In this document: one piece after another, positions 9,297 through 17,055 of the stretch | Position numbering within the stretch: position 1 is the first letter of the stretch | Layout of the letters: the number at the start of each line of letters is the position of its first letter | Source of the DNA: a bacterium | GTDB taxonomy: Bacteria; Patescibacteriota; Minisyncoccia; Phycocordibacterales; PALSA-1337 | Length of the DNA stretch: 25,509 nt | Direction of reading: 5' to 3' | NCBI GenBank assembly: GCA_030698965.1 | Contig: JAUYLM010000055.1 | Location: 1 to 25,509, forward strand | Program-made: the position numbers and the translations under genes | The notes under the pieces: generated by a model | Database searches by the model: none | The model's input: the letters and a program-made list of their open reading frames with translations, nothing else | What the model was told of the DNA's origin: nothing

Positions 9297-10259
9297 TTAC
9301 TTTTTCCTGCTAAAGGTTTTTTTGAAAATCTTTTTAATATTGCGTGATGTCGAATAGCCCAGAGCCCGCAAGGCAACCCTGCCCGAAATGACGGGTCTAG
9401 ACCACTCCGAGAACCACTGCGGCAAATGAGAGTGTTTTTTCTCTATATCCTGATGGATAAGATTGGACTTGTGCATTCCCTCGAGAAGCGGCATTTCTTT
9501 CCCTTGTTTCTTATGCCAAGTCAGGAAGGCATGGGTATCCTTTGGCAGGCAATGTCCGCCGTAGGATCTGCCATAGCGGAGATAGCCCTTTCTCTCGAAG
9601 AAAAAATCCACCACTCTCTCGTTCTTCGCCAATTTTTCCTTGTCTGTTGGGTGGGAGATGGCATTGCCGAACTCGTTCACGAAAGCGATGCGTATAGCAT
9701 TCCATGTATTTGAAAGGTACTTTATATATGAAGCTTCTTCCGGAGTACCGTGAAAAACTTTTGTGGCATTACGGTCCCAATTATAGAAAAAACTTGGCCA
9801 TTTCTTTTCGTTCCCATTCTTTTTTCCAAGGATGAAATATTGTGGAAGAAGGCTTTCTTCCACCGCTTTTTTCTCATGAAGGAACTCCGGAATATAATAA
9901 TCAAAATCCAGAGTAGCTAGGTGGCCAGGAATGATAGTTGAACGCAGGATTACTCCGCCTTTCGCCTTCTTCAGGGATTCCAAGGCTTTACGGATCGCGG
10001 AGATATCTTGTTCTCCTTCCTGATTGACCCTATCGCCCACAGCCACAATATACCATGTATCATGACTATCCTTTTCCAGAACATCCGATATAGGCTTTAC
10101 CTTATCGTAAAGCTTTGCATACTTGTCAGCATATTTAAGATTAGGCTTTTGAATATCGAAATAATAGACCGGGTAACCGGCATAAGAAAGAGCTAGGGCA
10201 TTAGCCTGTCCTACCCAGCCAAAACCAATTATTACGATTGTTTCCTTTCCATTATTCAT
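9297..10259 (-). CDS. UDP-glucose/GDP-mannose dehydrogenase-family protein, short form lacking the usual C-terminal domain
   Basis: 320 aa. IIGFGWVG Rossmann motif, [24 protein letters not shown], catalytic-Cys motif YGGHCLPKD; ends about 80 aa after the Cys. Confidence 0.8.
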   Translation of the reverse strand: MNNGKETIVIIGFGWVGQANALALSYAGYPVYYFDIQKPNLKYADKYAKLYDKVKPISDVLEKDSHDTWYIVAVGDRVNQEGEQDISAIRKALESLKKAKGGVILRSTIIPGHLATLDFDYYIPEFLHEKKAVEESLLPQYFILGKKNGNEKKWPSFFYNWDRNATKVFHGTPEEASYIKYLSNTWNAIRIAFVNEFGNAISHPTDKEKLAKNERVVDFFFERKGYLRYGRSYGGHCLPKDTHAFLTWHKKQGKEMPLLEGMHKSNLIHQDIEKKHSHLPQWFSEWSRPVISGRVALRALGYSTSRNIKKIFKKTFSRKK

Positions 10260-10268
10260 AATAATGGA

Positions 10269-10277
10269 ATACTAACA
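10269..10277 (-). promoter_or_regulatory. Putative extended -10 element (TG-T-TAGTAT), 9 nt before the ATG at 10259
   Basis: Minus strand TGTTAGTAT TCCATTATT ATG; TTGATT/TTTGAT lies 16-17 nt upstream. Confidence 0.5.
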
Positions 10278-10300
10278 TATTGGAGATAATAATCAAAAAA

Positions 10301-10329
10301 TTTACATTAAAAGCCATTTCAGATATACT
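10301..10329 (+). promoter_or_regulatory. Sigma70-type promoter TTTACA-N17-TATACT, 6 nt before the ATG at 10336 (predicted leaderless mRNA)
   Basis: TTTACA at 10301-10306, exactly 17 nt spacer, TATACT at 10324-10329, then TTAAAA ATG. Confidence 0.7.
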
Positions 10330-10335
10330 TTAAAA

Positions 10336-11325
10336 ATGTCTAGAGTCTTAATTACGGGCGGTACTGGTTTTATCGGATATCACCTGGCCAATCGCCTATC
10401 TAACCAGAATCATGAAATCGTACTTGCCGACAACTTTTTCCGCAGCGAAAAAGACGCAGACCTTATTGCCCTCCTGGAAAAACCCAATGTTAAGCTCGTC
10501 GAAGGCGATCTAACGATCAAAGAATCATGGGATAAGCTAGGCGATGGCTACGACTACGTCTACCACCTTGTCGGAATCAATGGCACAGAATTATTTTATA
10601 AAATACCTCATGAAGTTCTGCGAATAGGCATAGAGACTACCCTTCATGTGCTCGACTGGTTCCGGACGAAAAATAATAAGCCGGAAGCGAAAATACTTTA
10701 CACATCTTCCAATGAAGCATACGCCGGTGCCCTAGAAGCCTTCGGAAAACTCCCCCTCCCTACTCCGGAAAATGTTCCTTTAGTTATTTCTGATCCTTAC
10801 AATGCACGCTGGTCTTATGCCGGACAAAAGCTTGTTGGCGAGCTTCTTTTCATCCATTATTCGAAAGCCTACAATTTTAGAATGTCCATAGTCCGTCCGC
10901 ACAATTTCTACGGACCGAGAGAAGGATACCAACATGTGATACCTGAAATAATTGAGAGAGTGCAAAAGAAAGTTGAGCCCTTCCCTATTTTCGGCGCTGA
11001 TGATACGCGTTCATTCTGCTATATTGATGATGCGATCGAAGCGATACAAGCTGTTATGGAATCTTCAAAAACCGACGGCGGAACATACCATATTGGCACA
11101 CACAGAGAGACTGTCATTAAGGATCTCATAGAGACAATGTTCAAGATACTCAATTGGCATCCCAAAGAGCTTGATATCAAGAATTCTCCTGCAGGAAGCG
11201 TCAAAAGGCGCCTGCCTGATGTTTCTAAAATTAAGAGAGATATAGGGTGGGAAGCAAAGGTAGAACTTGAGGAGGGTCTACAGAAGATGACTGAGTGGTA
11301 TCTCGCACATCCTCGCAAGGTTTAA
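10336..11325 (+). CDS. NAD-dependent epimerase/dehydratase (extended SDR, ArnA/UXS decarboxylase-like), copy 1
   Basis: 329 aa. ITGGTGFIG, YTSSNEAY, RWSYAGQK (YxxxK), RPHNFYGPR, GADDTRSFCYIDD, RRLPDVSKI. Confidence 0.88.
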   Translation: MSRVLITGGTGFIGYHLANRLSNQNHEIVLADNFFRSEKDADLIALLEKPNVKLVEGDLTIKESWDKLGDGYDYVYHLVGINGTELFYKIPHEVLRIGIETTLHVLDWFRTKNNKPEAKILYTSSNEAYAGALEAFGKLPLPTPENVPLVISDPYNARWSYAGQKLVGELLFIHYSKAYNFRMSIVRPHNFYGPREGYQHVIPEIIERVQKKVEPFPIFGADDTRSFCYIDDAIEAIQAVMESSKTDGGTYHIGTHRETVIKDLIETMFKILNWHPKELDIKNSPAGSVKRRLPDVSKIKRDIGWEAKVELEEGLQKMTEWYLAHPRKV

Positions 11326-11327
11326 TT

Positions 11328-12308
11328 ATGGCAAAAATATTAATTACAGGCGGAACAGGGTTTCTCGGATACCACCTTGCGGTGAAGCTTTTATCGTCAG
11401 GCAATAACGAAGTGGTGTTGGCATCCAAATCGTTACCAGATTCAGAAGACAAGGATTTTGCCTCATTACTCTCACTACCCAACATCAAGATAATCAAAGC
11501 TGATCTTACTGACCGCTCTGCCTGGAAAAAACTCGGTGGAGGCTACGAGTTTGTCTACCATTTAGTGAGCATAAAGGGATTTAAAAATTTCAACGAAATT
11601 CCACACGAGGTACTCCGTGTTGGTATTCTGGCGGCACTCAATGCTCTTGAATGGTTCAGACTGGGTAGCGGCAAGCCAAATGCAAAAATCCTTTTTACCT
11701 CCTCTAATGAAGTCTATACTGGCGGAGCGCTTGCCTATGAAAATATAATTAATCCCATTCCAGAAAATGTGCCGGCGGTCATCCTCGATCCATACGACCC
11801 AAGATGGTCATACGCCGGAGCTAAGCTTATTGGTGAACTTCTCTTTATTCACTATGCCAATGCATATAGCTTTAGAATGTCGATTGTGCGTCCTGTGAAT
11901 ATATACGGCCCTAGGGCTGGATTTGACGGGATGATTCCAAAGATTATACAGCAGGCTGGGGAAAAAGCTGATCCATTTACGATCCTCGGTCCAGATGACA
12001 CCCGAACATTTTGCTTTGTAGAAGATGCAGTAGACGCACTTATCAGAGTAATGGAATCTCCAAAAACAGATGGGCAGACCTACAATATTGGAGGAGACAG
12101 ACAGGCGAGCGTAAAAGATGTGACGGGAATGATTTTTGACGCGATGAAATGGCATCCTAAAAATATTATTGAGGAAAATTCACCAAGAGAAGCAGTCCGA
12201 AACAGCGTGCCTGATATTTCAAAGATAAAAAGAGATGCTGGCTGGGAGCCTGGAACTAGACTTAAGGAAGGATTGGCAGAGACGGTTAAATGGTATCAAA
12301 AGAAATGA
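11328..12308 (+). CDS. NAD-dependent epimerase/dehydratase (extended SDR, ArnA/UXS-like), copy 2
   Basis: ITGGTGFLG, FTSSNEVY, RWSYAGAK, RPVNIYGPR, GPDDTRTFCFVED. Start moved from 11295 to ATG 11328 (MAKILITGG), 2 nt after the copy-1 stop. Confidence 0.88.
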   Translation: MAKILITGGTGFLGYHLAVKLLSSGNNEVVLASKSLPDSEDKDFASLLSLPNIKIIKADLTDRSAWKKLGGGYEFVYHLVSIKGFKNFNEIPHEVLRVGILAALNALEWFRLGSGKPNAKILFTSSNEVYTGGALAYENIINPIPENVPAVILDPYDPRWSYAGAKLIGELLFIHYANAYSFRMSIVRPVNIYGPRAGFDGMIPKIIQQAGEKADPFTILGPDDTRTFCFVEDAVDALIRVMESPKTDGQTYNIGGDRQASVKDVTGMIFDAMKWHPKNIIEENSPREAVRNSVPDISKIKRDAGWEPGTRLKEGLAETVKWYQKK

Positions 12309-13075
12309 ATGACTGGGACAAACATGAGATAGCAAAAAAATATCAGGCTGGATTATTGAATGCTTCAAGCCAACCTTACTTGCTTGAGTTTGTAGCGCCG
12401 CCAGTAACCCCCGGACTGGATCATGCTGTTGAAAGCTGGAGAGATGCTGGAAACAATCCGTTTCCAGCAAATGACCTGATTTCAAATAAAGTCGGGGTAT
12501 TCGATTATGATGAGGAGAGAAATACTATAGCCTGTTTTCCCATATCATGGGGGCAAAAAATTACCATGACCCTACCACATATACGCCCCAAACTTCCACC
12601 AAATGAAAGCTTTTATTATCTTTCCGTCTGCGGAATAGTTAGGACCATCGACAATCATTTATTGCTTTCTTGCCGATCAAAAGCGGTAAATAATTATCAG
12701 GGCATGTGGCATGCTTCGATAGCTGGGACTCTGGATATCGCTACTGCCAAATCCAGCAGGACAGTCTTTCCTCAATTCTTCCAAGAAATGGAGGAGGAAC
12801 TACAAATATACCCTTCGCATATCATAAAGGTTAACCAGTTAGGCTTGTGCAAGTACCTAATACCGAACAGCGCATCCTTTGAAGTCTGCATGAGCGCGCA
12901 AGTTAGCTTGACGGCGAAAGAGGTATTGGAACGAGCGAAAGATGCTAAAGATAGCTGGGAAGGAACTATACATGCCTTTACACCAGAAGAAGCCACCAGA
13001 ATGTTGAGCTTGGAATCAAAAGAGAGATTTGTACCCGGAGGAGCCGCAACTCTGATATTGAAGCTAGGCTTATAG
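12305..13075 (+). CDS. Nudix-fold hydrolase-like protein (possible nucleotide-sugar pyrophosphatase)
   Basis: LLLSCRSKAV-NYQGMWH-SIAGTLD followed by FFQEMEEELQI resembles a degenerate Nudix box. Start at 12305 gives an ATGA overlap with the upstream stop. Confidence 0.55.
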   Translation: MNDWDKHEIAKKYQAGLLNASSQPYLLEFVAPPVTPGLDHAVESWRDAGNNPFPANDLISNKVGVFDYDEERNTIACFPISWGQKITMTLPHIRPKLPPNESFYYLSVCGIVRTIDNHLLLSCRSKAVNNYQGMWHASIAGTLDIATAKSSRTVFPQFFQEMEEELQIYPSHIIKVNQLGLCKYLIPNSASFEVCMSAQVSLTAKEVLERAKDAKDSWEGTIHAFTPEEATRMLSLESKERFVPGGAATLILKLGL

Positions 13076-14170
13076 ATAAAAATCCCTTATGTGTCCTATG
13101 ACAGTATTGATATCTTCATCAGTGAGGAAAAAAGCTGAAGGAAGCCACAATGCCTTTGGCAAGTATTTCGTGCTGTTTGGAAAATTATCATCGGGTAAAG
13201 GATAAGCTTTCTGTTGGTGAATCGGATTCCAGTATCTACGGCAATCAATGTTAAATTCTTTCAGAAATTTATCCAGTTCATCACGCCGGTCAACGAGGGC
13301 ATCCACCCATTGTGGAACTCCGCCTTGCGCAATGTCAATATCAAATATCTTGAATCCAGGAATATCACTAAGAGCCTCCTTATACATGGAATAAGTTCTT
13401 TTCATGCGAGCGGTCCTCTCTCCCACCAAATCTAACTGCCCAAGACCAATCGCCGCCTGAAGATCTGTGTATTTAAAATTAAAGCCGATCGTATTATGCG
13501 CATCATCTCCCCCTGTCCCTCTTATTGGTCTTCCTTGATCCTTCAGTGGTTTAAGTTTTTCATAAAAATTTGTATTATCAGTAACTATCATACCACCCTG
13601 GCCGGTTGTAATCGTCTTGGCCGCAGAGAAGGAGAAGCACCCTGCGTCAGACCATGTACCTAAATATTTTCCCTTATACTTGGAAAAGAAAGCTTCTGCC
13701 GCGTCTTCCACCACGACCAAACCATGTCCCATGGCAATACCCAGGATATTTTCCATATCTGCCCCCCTTCCCGTCACGTGGACAGGAACTACAGCTTTGG
13801 TCTTTCCAGTTATCGCTTTCTTAAAAGCATCGGTACTTATATTGAGAGTTGCTGGATCTATGTCGACAAGAACTGGGTTTGCTCCCGCCAGCGTGACAGC
13901 ATTCGCTGTAGCAATAAATGTCGCATCCGGTACTATGACTTCGTCGCCGTGACCTATTCCAAAAGCCTTTAAGGCTAAAAAAATGGCGTTGGTTCCGCTA
14001 GTGGTAGCGATTGCATGCTTGACTCCCAGAGCTTTGGCCACCACATCTTCAAACTGGGTAGTCAATTTTCCTTCATTGGCGTAATTATCAGCAAAAACTT
14101 TCTCAATATTGTCACGCTCCTGTTTACTCCCGATGCGAGGCTCCCACCAAGGGATTTTTTTGTAGTCCAT
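13070..14170 (-). CDS. DegT/DnrJ/EryC1/StrS PLP-dependent sugar aminotransferase (perosamine-synthase/ArnB-like)
   Basis: 366 aa. TTSGTNAIFLAL, VPDATFIATANAV, VVEDAAEA, CFSFSAAKTITTGQGG (PLP lysine), GFNFKYTDLQAAIG, LWLPS. Confidence 0.92.
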   Translation of the reverse strand: MDYKKIPWWEPRIGSKQERDNIEKVFADNYANEGKLTTQFEDVVAKALGVKHAIATTSGTNAIFLALKAFGIGHGDEVIVPDATFIATANAVTLAGANPVLVDIDPATLNISTDAFKKAITGKTKAVVPVHVTGRGADMENILGIAMGHGLVVVEDAAEAFFSKYKGKYLGTWSDAGCFSFSAAKTITTGQGGMIVTDNTNFYEKLKPLKDQGRPIRGTGGDDAHNTIGFNFKYTDLQAAIGLGQLDLVGERTARMKRTYSMYKEALSDIPGFKIFDIDIAQGGVPQWVDALVDRRDELDKFLKEFNIDCRRYWNPIHQQKAYPLPDDNFPNSTKYLPKALWLPSAFFLTDEDINTVIGHIRDFYL

Positions 14171-14176
14171 CTTTTA

Positions 14177-15427
14177 TTATTTTAAATTAACAATACGAGG
14201 AACCGGCAGAGGCAGTATGAACTTGCCCTTATACCCCGCTTCCCGCACTTTTTTTATTAGCTCCTGGCCTATATGCCATGAGAGCACCAGAACGTAATCG
14301 GGCTGATCTTCGAATATTCTCGATTCATCCACTACTCGTATATGGGTCCCCGGCGTGTACAGTCCTATTTTTGGGGATCCCTTCTTTTCCCCAGCGTAGT
14401 CAAGTATAGTATCATTTATCTTTGTAAAATTGAGGAGAGGATTAGATCTAGCGGGGCTGGTCAGAGCGGCTATTCTCGCGCCTCCTTTTTTCAATTTCAA
14501 AAGGAGGGCGAGTAGGTCATTTTTTGCTTCATAAGCTTTTGCGGCGAAATCCAGCAGGGTCTTTTCATCAGTCAAGCCGGCCTCTTCCTCTTTCCTCATC
14601 AAATCCTTTGCCCTTGAGCTGACGGGCCACTTTCCTTTCTTTGCATATACGCGTATAGACCCCCCAGCTGCGCTTATTCTCTCCGCGTCTATCATTGACA
14701 TTCCAGCGTCTTCAAGAAGCCCCTTGATGGGCTTGAGAGAATAGAATCTCAAATGCTCGTGATAGATAGTATCGAATTCTAGTTTTTCTACGATATCCAT
14801 GAGATACTGCGACTCAGAGATGAAAACCCCGTTTTTATCAAGCAGATTTGAAATATTTTTTGCTAGAGCTGGCGCGTCATTTATATGCGCGAACACATTG
14901 GCAGCAGTGATAACTTTAGCCAATCCGTATTTCTTTTTAATATAATTTACGACCTTATTATTGAAAAAATCTTGAATTGTTTTTATTCCGTTTTTATTCG
15001 CCACCTTCGCGGCTCCAGTCGGCTCAACACCCAGGACTTTCATACCCTTGTCTTTGAAGCCACTTAGAAGAGTCCCATCATTTGATCCGACATCCACTAT
15101 CAGGTCGCCTTTTTTCCATGGATAATCCCTCTCCAATATATCGGCAAGCTCCCGGAAATTCCGTATAAGCATGTTGGTAAGACCGGTTCGGTAAGGGTAA
15201 TGAGGAGGAAAGACGACTTTTGGATCAGGTATATAGTCAAGCTGGAGAAGCCCGCATTTCCTGCAGAGAACTGCGTTCAGAGGATAAGTCACTTCCGGCT
15301 CATGAAGCCCCTCTTCTTTTAAATATTCCTGTACAATAGGCTGGTGGCCTAGGGAAAGAATCGGCGTCAATCCTCCTGATCCGCATACTTGGCATGCCAA
15401 CACTCTTCCTATTGTATTTTTTTTCAT
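14177..15427 (-). CDS. NDP-sugar C-methyltransferase, second paralogue
   Basis: CQVC...CRKC, VDVGSNDG, ANVFAH, YHEHLRFY, GGSIRVY, KIGLYTPGTHI, PDYVLVLSWH. Start moved from TTG 15463 to ATG 15427 (MKKNTIGRVLACQVC). Confidence 0.9.
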   Translation of the reverse strand: MKKNTIGRVLACQVCGSGGLTPILSLGHQPIVQEYLKEEGLHEPEVTYPLNAVLCRKCGLLQLDYIPDPKVVFPPHYPYRTGLTNMLIRNFRELADILERDYPWKKGDLIVDVGSNDGTLLSGFKDKGMKVLGVEPTGAAKVANKNGIKTIQDFFNNKVVNYIKKKYGLAKVITAANVFAHINDAPALAKNISNLLDKNGVFISESQYLMDIVEKLEFDTIYHEHLRFYSLKPIKGLLEDAGMSMIDAERISAAGGSIRVYAKKGKWPVSSRAKDLMRKEEEAGLTDEKTLLDFAAKAYEAKNDLLALLLKLKKGGARIAALTSPARSNPLLNFTKINDTILDYAGEKKGSPKIGLYTPGTHIRVVDESRIFEDQPDYVLVLSWHIGQELIKKVREAGYKGKFILPLPVPRIVNLK

Positions 15428-15434
15428 TGAATCA

Positions 15435-15456
15435 ATTTTAGCGAATGTGATATTAT
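15435..15456. promoter_or_regulatory. Back-to-back -10 elements in a 38-bp divergent gap
   Basis: Minus strand TAAAAT (15435-15440) is 7 nt before ATG 15427. Plus strand TG-A-TATTAT (15448-15456) is 9 nt before ATG 15466. Confidence 0.55.
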
Positions 15457-15465
15457 AAGTCAATC

Positions 15466-16362
15466 ATGACGAATGAGAGCCCCATTAAGCTTTCTTATAT
15501 AACCGCCACCAAGAACAAACTGCCCTACCTGCGTGCCGGACTTGAAAAAGTGATAGCTCAAAAGAAGCCTGGTGAAGAAATCCTAGTAGCAGATGGAAAC
15601 AGCTCGGACGGCACGAAAGAATATCTGGCGGGACTGAAAGCCGACGGTAAAATAGATTTTTTTATTTCTGAGGCAGACTTCGGAGAATCCCACGCTCTAA
15701 ATAAGCTATTCCTTGCGGCCAAGGGAACTCTCATAAAAATCATAAACGATGACGATGCGTACTACTTCCCTGCCATTGAAGCTTGCAAAAAATTTATGCT
15801 GGACCATCCAGAAATAGATATTTTAGGAATGGAGGGTGGGTCAATCAAGCACAGGTCTCCCTCTGAACTATACGTCTGCCAGGTAGCGGGCTACAAAGAT
15901 GGATACATGCGATGGCAGAAAGATCGCACTCCTTTTGATTCTTCTGTCCTTGGGCTCATGCTCCGCCGATCCTCTCTGCCAGTCTTGGGGTTCTGGAACC
16001 ACTCATTTACCATGGCAGACACGGAATTTACATTCCGCGTTACCGCCGGCAAAGCGAGCATCGCCTGGTACACTGGTTCAGCATACGTGTATATCAAAAA
16101 CCAGGATGGCGTAACCTGGGTCAGGAGAAACAGAGTTGCAAATGAAATAGCGCGCCTTCGAAAATTCTATTTGAATGAGAATCCTCCTACGTATCCGATT
16201 AAGAAATTGAAGCAATTTAAAAGATTTTTACTCAAGATTTACTCTCGACTGAGTGGCCATGCTTCATCTGATTTCCCTATGGAATGGCTTAAAATGGTTG
16301 AACTTTCTGAAAAATGGCTTGAGGAAAAAAGTGTGGAGGAAAGACCGAAATTTCTTTTTTGA
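15466..16362 (+). CDS. Glycosyltransferase family 2 (GT-A), paralogue A
   Basis: 298 aa. SYITATKN, EILVADGNSSDGT, DFGESHALNKLFL, INDDD (DxD). Confidence 0.85.
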   Translation: MTNESPIKLSYITATKNKLPYLRAGLEKVIAQKKPGEEILVADGNSSDGTKEYLAGLKADGKIDFFISEADFGESHALNKLFLAAKGTLIKIINDDDAYYFPAIEACKKFMLDHPEIDILGMEGGSIKHRSPSELYVCQVAGYKDGYMRWQKDRTPFDSSVLGLMLRRSSLPVLGFWNHSFTMADTEFTFRVTAGKASIAWYTGSAYVYIKNQDGVTWVRRNRVANEIARLRKFYLNENPPTYPIKKLKQFKRFLLKIYSRLSGHASSDFPMEWLKMVELSEKWLEEKSVEERPKFLF

Positions 16363-16399
16363 CTTATTAGGCATAGTATGCTTTAATTTTAAAAGATGT

Positions 16400-16963
16400 A
16401 TGAAAACCTACGATACTAGTCTTTTTCGACGGGCCGGATTTGACATCACTATCAGTCCGGACGCCTTCATTAGGGATACAAAGGCGATCTCTATTGGTAA
16501 CCACATCCGAATCGACGGGCAATTCCACATCACAACAGAAGCTGAATTGGGTAATTACATCCATATCGGCCCTGGAGTGATAGTAATCGGCTCCAGCAAG
16601 GGGAAATTGACTATGGGCGACCATACCAATATAGCCCTTGGCGGACGCATTATATGTGGTTCTGACGGGTACATGGGCGACGGCCTTATAAACGCCCCTG
16701 GCGTACCAGAGGAGATGAGAGATACAGTAACGGTGAGACCCGTTATCTTCGAACTCTGCGCCAATGTGGGCGCAAATGTCGTCATCTCTCAGGGGGTGAC
16801 TTTGAGTGAAGGGACTGTCATCGGGGCATGTTCTTTTGTCCCCCAAGATTTCGTCACGGAACCATGGACGGTATACATGGGTACTCCGATCAGGGCTGTG
16901 AAAAAACGTCCGAAAGACAAGATGCTCCGCTTCGTGCAAATTTTGCGAGAAACGAGAATCTAG
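16400..16963 (+). CDS. Hexapeptide-repeat (LbH) acyltransferase, VioB/amino-sugar N-acyltransferase-like
   Basis: ISIGNHIRID, ELGNYIHIGPGV, GSDGY-GDGL-N-P, NVGANVVISQGVTLSEGTVIGACSFV, EPWTVYMGTP-R-VKKR. Start moved from 16253 to ATG 16400, after the upstream stop. Confidence 0.8.
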   Translation: MKTYDTSLFRRAGFDITISPDAFIRDTKAISIGNHIRIDGQFHITTEAELGNYIHIGPGVIVIGSSKGKLTMGDHTNIALGGRIICGSDGYMGDGLINAPGVPEEMRDTVTVRPVIFELCANVGANVVISQGVTLSEGTVIGACSFVPQDFVTEPWTVYMGTPIRAVKKRPKDKMLRFVQILRETRI

Positions 16964-16984
16964 CGGTTTAAATGTAATTTACAG

Positions 16985-17025
16985 ATTATCCTGGAATCCA
17001 GTAGTGGGTTCTAGGATAATTTTTT
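16985..17025 (+). terminator. Intrinsic terminator hairpin
   Basis: ATTATCCTGGAATCCA-GTAG-TGGGTTCTAGGATAAT gives a 16-bp stem with two G-U pairs, followed by TTTTT; starts 21 nt after the acyltransferase stop. Confidence 0.78.
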
Positions 17026-17039
17026 ATAAAAAGAGATTG

Positions 17040-17048
17040 TGCTACAAT
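17040..17048 (+). promoter_or_regulatory. Putative extended -10 element (TG-C-TACAAT), 7 nt before ATG 17056
   Basis: TGCTACAAT C ATG ACT ATG. The second ATG is at leaderless spacing; the first is only 1 nt from the -10. Confidence 0.6.
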
Positions 17049-17055
17049 CATGACT

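Noticed and set aside
9290-9376. Longer starts given by the ORF track (gmd 9376; also 11295, 12290, 15463, 16253, 17949)
   Set aside because: The extensions overlap neighbouring genes and precede the family-typical N-terminus; downstream ATGs fit tight or ATGA coupling.
10336-12308. Calling the SDR pair UDP-apiose/xylose synthases because of RWSYA
   Set aside because: They lack the cysteines characteristic of AXS (S-N-E rather than T-C-E); only a clade-level ArnA/UXS-like call is supportable.
16367-16939. 190-aa antisense ORF opposite the acyltransferase
   Set aside because: Fully shadows a gene with clear family motifs; the translation has no recognisable motif. Treated as a codon-bias shadow ORF.
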